Source of the DNA: a virus
DNA length: 64,000 nt
Reading direction: 5' to 3' (one strand)
IMG/VR virus record: IMGVR_UViG_3300027810_000002
Location: 64,001 to 128,000 of that record
The stretch's first letter is position 1, and the number at the start of each line of letters is the position of its first letter. The position numbers and the translations under genes were made by a program. The notes under the pieces were generated by a model. The model saw only the letters and a list, made by a program, of their open reading frames with translations, made no database searches and had not been told where the DNA came from. Positions 20,708 through 28,831 of the stretch are shown in pieces.

Positions 20708-20711
20708 ATTT

Positions 20712-21017
20712 CTATTTTTCCATGTTATCGATTAGATCCTGTCGATCTAATTGTTTATAAACTTCCTTACGAACTTTTTCCATTTTCTCAGCGTACTTTG
20801 GATCGTCATTGCGATTAAATACAACTTGTTGAGTTAGTGAACCACTGATCTTCTTAACATCACCTTTACGAGTCTTTATTAACCATGCTGCTAAATCTTT
20901 AATACCTAAGTCTTTAAATCTACCCTCAGCTTCAGGTGCATCTGACTTGTTAAAATCGGGAGCTCCTGCTGGTTTTTTCTCTGTAATGAATTGTTCGAAT
21001 AACTTTATAAATTTCAC
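20712..21017 (-). CDS. Putative internal head protein
   Basis: Probable GTG start at 21017 giving (M)KFIKLFEQFITEK. Confidence 0.65.
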   Translation of the reverse strand: MKFIKLFEQFITEKKPAGAPDFNKSDAPEAEGRFKDLGIKDLAAWLIKTRKGDVKKISGSLTQQVVFNRNDDPKYAEKMEKVRKEVYKQLDRQDLIDNMEK

Positions 21018-21018
21018 G

Positions 21019-21483
21019 TTAATCTTCTTTTGATTTAAATGGTAGCTTTTTATCGTGACCTCCGTCTCTAACTTCTTTAGCAACGTCTTTGTCAGCACCT
21101 CCCCAAGTTCCTTTTCCTTTTTCTAAGAATGCATTTATTCTAGCGTATCCCCATCCTTCTTGCGTCATACCTGGATGGTGTCCACCATTCCAAGCGTCCA
21201 TTCCACGTCTCATTATGATTCTCAATAAGGGTACAGGTACTCCACTTTCTTTTGATTTGTTCTTGATTCCGGTTTCTACAGCCTTACCTTTAAGTGGTCC
21301 TCTATCTCCTTTAGCTTTTTCTGCTTCATTAACAGATTCTCCTAGAACTGGAGTATTATCATAACCGCATTCGTGACATATATAAGGTTCTTTTCCACCC
21401 TCATCTAATCTCCAAGACCAATCGCAGTTATTGCACGATACTGAATTTGCTGAAAATTCTTCAAATAATTTAACGTGTTTCAT
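21019..21483 (-). CDS. Zn-ribbon plus conserved viral domain (RRGMDAW...WGYARIN), putative internal head protein
   Basis: MKHVKLFEEF; CxxC...CxxC; motif recalled from the DUF5824-like viral family. Confidence 0.6.
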   Translation of the reverse strand: MKHVKLFEEFSANSVSCNNCDWSWRLDEGGKEPYICHECGYDNTPVLGESVNEAEKAKGDRGPLKGKAVETGIKNKSKESGVPVPLLRIIMRRGMDAWNGGHHPGMTQEGWGYARINAFLEKGKGTWGGADKDVAKEVRDGGHDKKLPFKSKED

Positions 21484-21514
21484 TTCCTTTTAATCTTTGT
21501 TTATACTTTATATA

Positions 21515-22444
21515 TCAAGATAAAACTAAATCATTTAAATATTCTTTACGGTATTTGATTAGGGCTAGCTCTTTGGCTTTGACTTCTAGTTCGATATCAA
21601 TATCCATATTGTATGTTTCTATTTTTTCGTATATGTAATCAGCATGTGCTCTTAATATAACAGATTCATCTTCGTGTAGCTTTTTTGAAGAAGAGTAGTG
21701 GCATAGTTGGCGAATACCTTTGGGCCAGGTTTTTGCACATAATTTTAACGCATCTTCCTCAGACATTGGATCTTCGTAACATCGGTGGTGGTGATAATCG
21801 AACGTGATAGGTATATTAGTCTTTTCGTAAATCTCATAAAGATCTTCTACGCCGTATTGAGCAGGCTTATCGTCATTTTCTAAAACTAATCGAGCCTGTG
21901 CGGAAGGGGATAAACGTTTAAAGTTATCAACGAACCTTTGCTTTGCAGCATCCTTGTCACCGTATGAACCACCTACGTGAATGTTCATAGAATATGTATG
22001 GTTTTGTGGTAATCCCATTGAGTCTAATATAAGTGCAGACTGATCTAATTCTCTGATAGCTGACGTAACAACTTTAGGGGTTGGGCTGGGTAAAACACAA
22101 AACTGACCAGGGTGAAAACCTACGCGTTGGCCGTATTTTTGAACAAGAGTACCTGCACCTTTGAGCAGATTAGATATTATTTGCCAATTAGGTAAATCAG
22201 TTAATTCATACTCACTCATCCAAGGAAACATAGAACTACTCATACGGTAAACATTAATACCTTGTTTGTGATTCCACTTTATAATCTCAATAAGATCTCG
22301 AACGTTTGCTTCAGCCAATTCTCCGGCGTATTTAATACCTTTAGCGGTGAATGTTCGTTTGATCATTGATCGACCGATTTTAATGTCGTGATCTTTTTGT
22401 AGTGTTAAATTAATGCAGCAATATCCGTAGTTTGCTTTTCCCAT
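21515..22444 (-). CDS. uvsE: UV-damage endonuclease
   Basis: GYCCIN, YRMSS, HPGQF, NIHVGG, LENDDK, FDYHHH, HYSSS, HADY, LEVKAKE motifs. Confidence 0.92.
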   Translation of the reverse strand: MGKANYGYCCINLTLQKDHDIKIGRSMIKRTFTAKGIKYAGELAEANVRDLIEIIKWNHKQGINVYRMSSSMFPWMSEYELTDLPNWQIISNLLKGAGTLVQKYGQRVGFHPGQFCVLPSPTPKVVTSAIRELDQSALILDSMGLPQNHTYSMNIHVGGSYGDKDAAKQRFVDNFKRLSPSAQARLVLENDDKPAQYGVEDLYEIYEKTNIPITFDYHHHRCYEDPMSEEDALKLCAKTWPKGIRQLCHYSSSKKLHEDESVILRAHADYIYEKIETYNMDIDIELEVKAKELALIKYRKEYLNDLVLS

Positions 22445-22453
22445 GTTTGTTAT

Positions 22454-22684
22454 TTATATGTTATATAATAATTCTTTGATTTTGTTTATAAATCTTTCAG
22501 CGTCACATGCTTCATCCAGTGTAAACACGTCTAGATCTTGAAATAATAGGCCAGTGCATGTGTCTACACATATGATGTCACCGATAATTTCAGCCTTAAC
22601 AACCTCATGAATTGTCATATCCTCTAGGTATATTATTTTAGAGGTGGCTAGAATTCTATCCATTCTTTGTTGGGTATTCATCAT
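22454..22684 (-). CDS. Hypothetical protein
   Basis: 76 aa ORF in early operon upstream of uvsE. Confidence 0.6.
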   Translation of the reverse strand: MMNTQQRMDRILATSKIIYLEDMTIHEVVKAEIIGDIICVDTCTGLLFQDLDVFTLDEACDAERFINKIKELLYNI

Positions 22685-22701
22685 TTGTATGTGTGGTTTA
22701 T

Positions 22702-22956
22702 TTAGCTACAATATAAACTATTAGCTTCAAATTCTTCTTCTTCGTTCCACGTGATAGTTTCACAAAATCCTGCAACAGCACGCCACATAGAGCTAAAGTA
22801 GCTTTCAAACATATATTTCTCAGCCTCTGCTAAGCTGATCATTTCAGCACCATCTATTGTGGTAATTGTTTCCATACTACTAGTACTTAATACATCCATT
22901 CCGTTCACATCGATAAAATACTGTAATTTTGTTCTTTTAATTAATATTAATTTCAT
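22702..22956 (-). CDS. Hypothetical early protein
   Basis: Probable start MKLIL at 22956 downstream of the TATATTTA promoter. Confidence 0.6.
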   Translation of the reverse strand: MKLILIKRTKLQYFIDVNGMDVLSTSSMETITTIDGAEMISLAEAEKYMFESYFSSMWRAVAGFCETITWNEEEEFEANSLYCS

Positions 22957-22989
22957 AATTCTTGGTGTTTGATCTTTATTATTATATAG

Positions 22990-23071
22990 TAAATATAACA
23001 CTTTTTATTGACACCTAAAAACTTTTATGAATTTATTTTCACAAAAAGTCCTATTTATAATGATTCCAAAT
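22990..23071 (-). promoter_or_regulatory. Early-type promoter with palindromic operator variant ATTTATAATGATTCCAAAT
   Basis: Near-identical to cassette at 57442-57523. Confidence 0.75.
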
Positions 23072-23076
23072 AAGAC

Positions 23077-23098
23077 AAAAAAAGGGACCGAAGTCCCT
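23077..23098 (-). terminator. Intrinsic terminator
   Basis: agggac-ttcg-gtccct followed by T-run on minus strand. Confidence 0.75.
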
Positions 23099-23121
23099 GA
23101 TTGCTCGACTGGCAGTCAAGC

Positions 23122-23466
23122 TTATTTCCAAAATAATTGTATTCCTATAATGCAACATGCTAATAATAAACATATTGCCGTTTTTGTTGTAATTCCCTCG
23201 CCTAATAAATAATATGTTAGAGCGGTAAAGGTTATGATTCCACACGTAAATCCAATAAACCTACCAGGCCATATTTGACCATCATAATATTCTGCTATAA
23301 ATCTAGTTGCAAGTATAAACATGTAACTAATTACAGTACCTCCAATTATCGAAATGGTTAATGGATTCTTTTTAAACCATGGCCATACGAATTGCCCGTT
23401 AGTTTGAATCCATATCATAGATTGTCCTAGCGCAAATAATAAAACGCCTGCTAATAAGCCTCTCAA
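23122..23466 (-). CDS. Small four-helix membrane protein (DMT/SMR-like)
   Basis: Four hydrophobic segments; YYLLGEGITTK. Confidence 0.6.
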   Translation of the reverse strand: MRGLLAGVLLFALGQSMIWIQTNGQFVWPWFKKNPLTISIIGGTVISYMFILATRFIAEYYDGQIWPGRFIGFTCGIITFTALTYYLLGEGITTKTAICLLLACCIIGIQLFWK

Positions 23467-24101
23467 AACAATTCTCCAGTTGTGGTTAACAAATGCGAGA
23501 TGAAACTAGGTCTGTGATGCTCATTAGGTCCTGATTCTTTAATAGCATTTATATGTTGTTTGGTTCCATATCCTTTATTTGAATTCCAACCATACTGTAT
23601 AAACTCTTCTTTTTCGCTTAATTCTTTCATAAGAGAATCTCTGCCTGTTTTAGCTAAAATTGAAGCAGCTGCAATTGAAGTATATTTGTTATCTCCACCT
23701 ATGATTGTTTCAAATGGAATTCCATGATACCCGTGGAATTGATCACCGTCTACTAAAATAAAATCAAACTTATGAGCATGTTCATCAAGATTAGATAGAC
23801 ACTTATACATTCCTTGCATAGTTGCTCTGAGTATATTTGTATTTTCAATGTCCTCAACATTAATGTGTTCAACATGAAACGCGATAGCATTACTCAATAC
23901 AATGTCAAGTGCAGTTTTCCTGTCTTTTTCATTTAGAAGTTTTGAGTCTTTAATTAATGGGTGAGTAAATCCGTGTGGCATTATACATGCTGCAACAGTG
24001 ACGGGCCCTGCCAGCGCTCCGCGACCTGCTTCATCTATTCCAACCTCTATGATATTTCTATCTTCGTTGAGAAATCCTTTAAGTAATATGTGTTTAGACA
24101 T
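23463..24101 (-). CDS. rnhB: Ribonuclease HII
   Basis: GIDEAGRGALAGPV, DSKLL, VDGD, SIAAASILAK, NKGYGT; probable start MSKH at 24101. Confidence 0.93.
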   Translation of the reverse strand: MSKHILLKGFLNEDRNIIEVGIDEAGRGALAGPVTVAACIMPHGFTHPLIKDSKLLNEKDRKTALDIVLSNAIAFHVEHINVEDIENTNILRATMQGMYKCLSNLDEHAHKFDFILVDGDQFHGYHGIPFETIIGGDNKYTSIAAASILAKTGRDSLMKELSEKEEFIQYGWNSNKGYGTKQHINAIKESGPNEHHRPSFISHLLTTTGELF

Positions 24102-24149
24102 TTCTATTTGGTATTTAAGTATTATACCTAAATATCTCAAATAGTTTAC

Positions 24150-24866
24150 TTATTCATTGTCTAATTTCCATCTGTCATATCTTTCAACAACATCAATTAA
24201 GATCTTAGCTCTTACAATATCTTTTTGTGTAAATTGGTGATGACCTATTCCTTTGATACCTTTCATTAGTTCGGTAAACGGCTCAATACCTGCTGAGTTC
24301 TTTGAAATATCATACTGACTCACATCACCTGTTACGATCACTTTAGAGGTCTTTCCCATTCTGGTAACAAATAACATAAGTTGTTTAAACGTGGCGTTCT
24401 GTGCCTCATCAAGTATCATGAGTGAGTCATCATAAGTATCTCCTCTCATAAACGCTAAAGGTCTAAATTGAATAATTTCAGATTGAACCAATTGTTCGGT
24501 TAATACTGGTCCAACTATTTTAATTAAGTTAGAAATATATGATTGCATGTATGGATCTATCTTTTCTCCGATATCTCCAGGAAGAAACCCTAGTTTCTCA
24601 CCAGCCTCTTGAATAGGCTTACATAAAATAATGTTTTTGATTTTGTTATCTGCAAATAATTTTAATGCAGCGTAACATGCTGTAAATGTTTTTGAAGTTC
24701 CAGCAGGTCCAGAGCAAAATGTAATTTCATTCTCTAATATGTTTTGTAAATAAGCTTTTTGAGATTGTCTTAATTGCGCTTTTATATCTGCTGGTTTAAT
24801 GATGACTTTACGTCTGTTAATTCTGTTGTTTTCGTTTCCGGTTTTGTTATCAGAATTCTTCTTCAT
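24150..24866 (-). CDS. phoH: PhoH family ATPase
   Basis: GPAGTSKT, LGFLPGD, LAFMRG, LDEAQN, VTGDVSQ. Confidence 0.93.
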   Translation of the reverse strand: MKKNSDNKTGNENNRINRRKVIIKPADIKAQLRQSQKAYLQNILENEITFCSGPAGTSKTFTACYAALKLFADNKIKNIILCKPIQEAGEKLGFLPGDIGEKIDPYMQSYISNLIKIVGPVLTEQLVQSEIIQFRPLAFMRGDTYDDSLMILDEAQNATFKQLMLFVTRMGKTSKVIVTGDVSQYDISKNSAGIEPFTELMKGIKGIGHHQFTQKDIVRAKILIDVVERYDRWKLDNE

Positions 24867-24883
24867 ATATTATGGTGCTATGT

Positions 24884-25141
24884 TTAATCCCCTGCCATTG
24901 TAACAAGTTCTTTTAATTTCATTAATTTATCACACTTCTCATACTCTTCTAGTCCTTCAAAATAATCTACTAAAATATTAATAAACTCACTTCTTTGGCC
25001 AATACCATGAGGTATCTCGATTATATCGTTTCCTTCTTTGAAAACAACGAATCGGTTCACGGTCTTTGTGAAGTTTCTTGTAATGGTGTAGTAAGAAGAT
25101 CTCATTAAAGAGTCTCTGTCTTCTCCTAGAATATCTTTCAT
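24884..25141 (-). CDS. Small protein with C-terminal UVR-like motif
   Basis: YFEGLEEYEKCDKLMKL; probable start MKDIL at 25141. Confidence 0.65.
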   Translation of the reverse strand: MKDILGEDRDSLMRSSYYTITRNFTKTVNRFVVFKEGNDIIEIPHGIGQRSEFINILVDYFEGLEEYEKCDKLMKLKELVTMAGD

Positions 25142-25250
25142 TTGATTGTATTTGTTTTTATGTCTTTCAACATGTAGTATATATTTGATAGTACCTAGAG
25201 ATACTACCCATACCATGAAAAAAAATATAATGATATTATATTATCAAATG

Positions 25251-25439
25251 TTATTCTGGATTGTTAAATTTTTGCTCGACGTATTTCGCTTTTTGTAATT
25301 TAACACGTTTTGCTGCTGAAGGTTTGGTATAATCTTTACCTTCGCGAAGGGCCTTAGTTTGGCCTGTTCTATTTACTTTATATTTAAATGACTTTAAAGC
25401 CTTTTCTATGTTTCCTTTTTCTACCTTGATTATTAGCAT
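25251..25439 (-). CDS. rpsU: Ribosomal protein bS21
   Basis: MLIIKVEKGNIEKALKSFKYKV...YTKPSAAKR...KAKY, Bacteroidota-type bS21. Confidence 0.9.
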   Translation of the reverse strand: MLIIKVEKGNIEKALKSFKYKVNRTGQTKALREGKDYTKPSAAKRVKLQKAKYVEQKFNNPE

Positions 25440-25687
25440 TTTATCTTGTCAATAATTTTTTTAATGTTAGAACATTTTTCATATTCTTCTAATCCTATAA
25501 AAAAGTTTAATATACTAGTTAGTGCATTTACTTTTTCTTTAGGATCTGTTTCGCTCTTAAGAGCTTTCTCTTCTCCATTAACAACTGCATTATAAATCAT
25601 GTTCATCATTGTTTCCTTTGAATCTTCTCTAAGGATTTCAATTCTATTTGAATTATCTTTTTCGGGAGTGTCTCCTAAATCATGCAT
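25433..25687 (-). CDS. Small protein with C-terminal UVR-like motif
   Basis: FFIGLEEYEKCSNIKK. Confidence 0.7.
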   Translation of the reverse strand: MHDLGDTPEKDNSNRIEILREDSKETMMNMIYNAVVNGEEKALKSETDPKEKVNALTSILNFFIGLEEYEKCSNIKKIIDKIKC

Positions 25688-26471
25688 TGCTTAGTTCTTT
25701 AATTTGCTGAATGTGTTCTAATTGTTTTTCACTTAACTCAATATTAGATGTTCTTAATTTAATCATTAAGTTACCATATTGATTTTTATTATATATCGGA
25801 AATCCCATGCCCATAATTCTTAAAATCTTACCATCATATGAGTTCTTAGGTACCTTTATCTTAACGCTATTTACTTTCGTGGTAACTTCAAATTCGCCAC
25901 CTAATAAAATATCATAAAAGGGTAGATTGTAATCCATCCAAATATCTCCATTAGTTACTATCATCTCAGGATCTGGCATGATATTCATTATTAATATAAC
26001 ATCACCATTTGGCGCCGAAGAATTAGCAGGATGTGGAAGTCCCTTTCCTTTTAATTTAAGCTTAGCTCCTTCATGAATTCCTTTCGGTATATTAACATTA
26101 AATGCAGAGTGTGTTGTATCTATTCTTTTAGTTGTTCCGTGGTAAACTTCTTCTAAAGTTAGTCTAATTCTAATTGTAACGTCTGATCCTCTTGCATTTT
26201 GGTTAAATGCGTTATCAAACATATTAGAGAAATCTCCACCGAATTGATTAAAGAAATTGTCGAATCCACCTGAACTAAAAGAATTTTTGAGATCATATTC
26301 CTTTTTCTTTTGGGAATCGCTCAATGTTTCGTATGCTTGTGAAATCTTTTTAAATTTATCTTCAGATCCTCCAATATCAGGGTGGTGGACTTTAACAAGA
26401 CCTCTATATGCCTTCTTAATATCCTCCTGACTAGCAGCGGGCTCGAGCCCCAGGATCTTATAGTAATCCAT
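25680..26471 (-). CDS. dnaJ: DnaJ/CbpA-type co-chaperone (J domain + C domain, no Zn finger)
   Basis: MDYYKILG...HHPD...AYETLSD; G/F region; C-terminal DnaJ_C domain. Confidence 0.88.
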   Translation of the reverse strand: MDYYKILGLEPAASQEDIKKAYRGLVKVHHPDIGGSEDKFKKISQAYETLSDSQKKKEYDLKNSFSSGGFDNFFNQFGGDFSNMFDNAFNQNARGSDVTIRIRLTLEEVYHGTTKRIDTTHSAFNVNIPKGIHEGAKLKLKGKGLPHPANSSAPNGDVILIMNIMPDPEMIVTNGDIWMDYNLPFYDILLGGEFEVTTKVNSVKIKVPKNSYDGKILRIMGMGFPIYNKNQYGNLMIKLRTSNIELSEKQLEHIQQIKELSNA

Positions 26472-26656
26472 TATTTGGATTCTTTAGGTGGAATCTGTCT
26501 TGTTTGTCTTGAATTCTTTGCAGCTTTATTACTTTTATTAGATTCTTTAATCTCATTCTTTTTCATATTGATTTCTCTCTTTTCAGAGTTCTGCATCAAT
26601 TGAGCTATTTTCTCTAAAGCTGTTGCAATTCTAGCGATATGTATATTATCTTCCAT
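26471..26656 (-). CDS. Hypothetical protein
   Basis: 61 aa; RIATALEKIA; late-type motif at 26661. Confidence 0.6.
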   Translation of the reverse strand: MEDNIHIARIATALEKIAQLMQNSEKREINMKKNEIKESNKSNKAAKNSRQTRQIPPKESK

Positions 26657-26668
26657 GTATTATATATC

Positions 26669-26938
26669 TTATTTAAAGAATTGAATCTGTTCTTTAAGAT
26701 CTGCGCACTTTTCGTACTCTTCAATCTCTTCAAAGTAAAACATAGTCTCTTCTATAATGTGCCTGATCATATCGGGATCACGAGTTTTATCCGTATCAAT
26801 TCCATGTTTAACTATAGCTTCGTAGTTCGCACGTGCAAGGCGGTCCTTGAGGTTATCCAGGTGTTCTTGATCTTCGATCAATATTCCATTGTTTTCAGAT
26901 TCCTCGTTAAATTCTTGTTCAAATTCAAAATTGTCCAT
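26669..26938 (-). CDS. Small acidic protein with C-terminal UVR-like motif
   Basis: YFEEIEEYEKCADLKE; early-type promoter at 26962. Confidence 0.7.
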   Translation of the reverse strand: MDNFEFEQEFNEESENNGILIEDQEHLDNLKDRLARANYEAIVKHGIDTDKTRDPDMIRHIIEETMFYFEEIEEYEKCADLKEQIQFFK

Positions 26939-27020
26939 ATTGTTTCTTTATTTGTTATATGTAAATATAAACCTTTTATTTGATATAAAAAAATCCTGGT
27001 GAAAAAACTTTTAATTATTT

Positions 27021-27743
27021 TTAAATAAGTTCCATGCTTGACATTTTTAGCATAACATTCATAGTTGCTAAAACATCCTTTTCACAGTAATCCTTTATTC
27101 TTTCTAAACCACCTTCCCAATAAACTCTATTAACGTCAGATCCTGATATGTCATCTTTAGGTGTTGGAATTCCAAGAACATTACATAAAATTCCTAGTGA
27201 TGCTCCATTATATCCTCCAAATTTCCAAACCTCAAGAGTATCTAATAGACAGTTTTCCCATGGTTTTTGTTTTTGAAGATGCAATTTAGCAGTAGGTGTA
27301 ATTCCATTTATTAAACATCTTTTAATAATCCACGGAGCATCAAACTTTTTAATATTATGCCCTGTTAATTGAACATTTCCGTTTTTATTAAATACGGCGC
27401 CTAGTGTTTGATTAAAATCAGAGAGTATGGTATACTCATCATCTCCATAATATGATTTTATTTTAGAGTGTTGTGGCATTCCAATTTCATCGAACTGAAT
27501 TTGACCAATTGATATTGTAACTATTTTTCCAAACTCTGGATGTAAAGATGCGTTTGATTGATAGAAATCTTCGTCGCTTAAATCTGACTTTTGATTCTCA
27601 TATGATTTAATTTGATCTGCCTTTTGAAGCCATAAATCATGTAGTCCTTTATTAGAACTTTTTAAATCATTTAAGGTTTTATGCTGAGCTGTCGTCTCTA
27701 TATCAATAAACAACATGCTTTTTAATTCGCTAGCGCTATACAT
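27021..27743 (-). CDS. PolB-type 3'-5' exonuclease-like protein
   Basis: FIDIET, GHNIKKFD, YCEKDV DnaQ-like motifs; KQKPWE. Confidence 0.85.
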   Translation of the reverse strand: MYSASELKSMLFIDIETTAQHKTLNDLKSSNKGLHDLWLQKADQIKSYENQKSDLSDEDFYQSNASLHPEFGKIVTISIGQIQFDEIGMPQHSKIKSYYGDDEYTILSDFNQTLGAVFNKNGNVQLTGHNIKKFDAPWIIKRCLINGITPTAKLHLQKQKPWENCLLDTLEVWKFGGYNGASLGILCNVLGIPTPKDDISGSDVNRVYWEGGLERIKDYCEKDVLATMNVMLKMSSMELI

Positions 27744-27966
27744 TTCTTAATTCATTACGGGTTAATGCTATTTCTCTAATACTTATAGGATATTTAGTAC
27801 CATCTGATTCCATTGTATACCATTTTTCATTATAATGTTTTGATAAACTTTTAGATTCTTTAGTTAGAATTCCAAATAATGTAGAACCTGCAAAACTAAA
27901 GTAGTATTTCTCTCCAATCTTTGGAGATTTTACTGTAATAGTTCTTTGTGTTTTTTTCTTTGCCAT
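27736..27966 (-). CDS. Hypothetical protein
   Basis: 76 aa behind AAAC-N17-TATAA promoter at 27974-27999. Confidence 0.65.
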   Translation of the reverse strand: MAKKKTQRTITVKSPKIGEKYYFSFAGSTLFGILTKESKSLSKHYNEKWYTMESDGTKYPISIREIALTRNELRNV

Positions 27967-27997
27967 ATACTTATTATATATGAAAAGACAAAAAAGT

Positions 27998-28231
27998 TTA
28001 CAATTCCATCCAGGTTGAGTGTTCCTTAGTACCTCTTATTCGAGTATATACTTCATAATTGACATTTATCTCTAAAAATCCTCCAGATATAGTTTCAGGA
28101 AGATCTTTAGGATTAATCCAGTATTCTGGTAATTTATCAGTTCTTTCATTGATAAAATCAAATAAAGCATCTACTTCCATATGGTGAACATATAGGGTGA
28201 TGTGCATGCAATTCATATTTGGATATCCCAT
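27998..28231 (-). CDS. Hypothetical protein
   Basis: 77 aa ORF ending the oxygenase/GT operon. Confidence 0.6.
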   Translation of the reverse strand: MGYPNMNCMHITLYVHHMEVDALFDFINERTDKLPEYWINPKDLPETISGGFLEINVNYEVYTRIRGTKEHSTWMEL

Positions 28232-28237
28232 AATTTG

Positions 28238-28831
28238 TTATTTATAGTGACCTCCACCTAACCAAAGAACAAATGATTTTCTAGTTCCTTTTGTAACTGG
28301 TTTAACAGAGTGTACCAAGTAGCTAGGAAATAAAACAACATTTCCTTTTCCTCTAGGTGCTATTAAGTTATTTTTATCTAAGGATTCTCCTCCTTGCCAA
28401 AAGCATAAGTCTCCTCCTTCATATTCTTCACTATCTGATAATTGAACGGTTATAGATACTTTTCTAATAGACATATCATGATCTCCAACATCTTGGTGCC
28501 AATCATATTTACCAAACTCAGTAGCTTCATATTCAGTATACTGTATTAATTCAGGAGCCGAATGTAAATCAAAATTCCACAGTTGGTTATTTGCTTCACT
28601 TGACATGTTTATTAATTTTTGATATAGCCATTTCCATTCTTCAGATTGTGGAATCCATTTGATATTTGATTTTCTATCTGCAGAACTGTCTCCAGAAGCT
28701 GTTACTGCTCTATTATATGGAATATTAGAAACTCCATCTTCAATCACCTTTAATTCTTGAGGTGTAAACCCCTGATCAAACCAATAGTACTGTTGAGCCT
28801 CGTTTTCTTGTGGTTTAAAAAAGTTATTCAT
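28238..28831 (-). CDS. 2OG-Fe(II) oxygenase (prolyl-hydroxylase/PKHD-like)
   Basis: WHQD, RKVSITVQLS, GGDL, FPSYLVHSVKPVTKGTRKS. Confidence 0.9.
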   Translation of the reverse strand: MNNFFKPQENEAQQYYWFDQGFTPQELKVIEDGVSNIPYNRAVTASGDSSADRKSNIKWIPQSEEWKWLYQKLINMSSEANNQLWNFDLHSAPELIQYTEYEATEFGKYDWHQDVGDHDMSIRKVSITVQLSDSEEYEGGDLCFWQGGESLDKNNLIAPRGKGNVVLFPSYLVHSVKPVTKGTRKSFVLWLGGGHYK

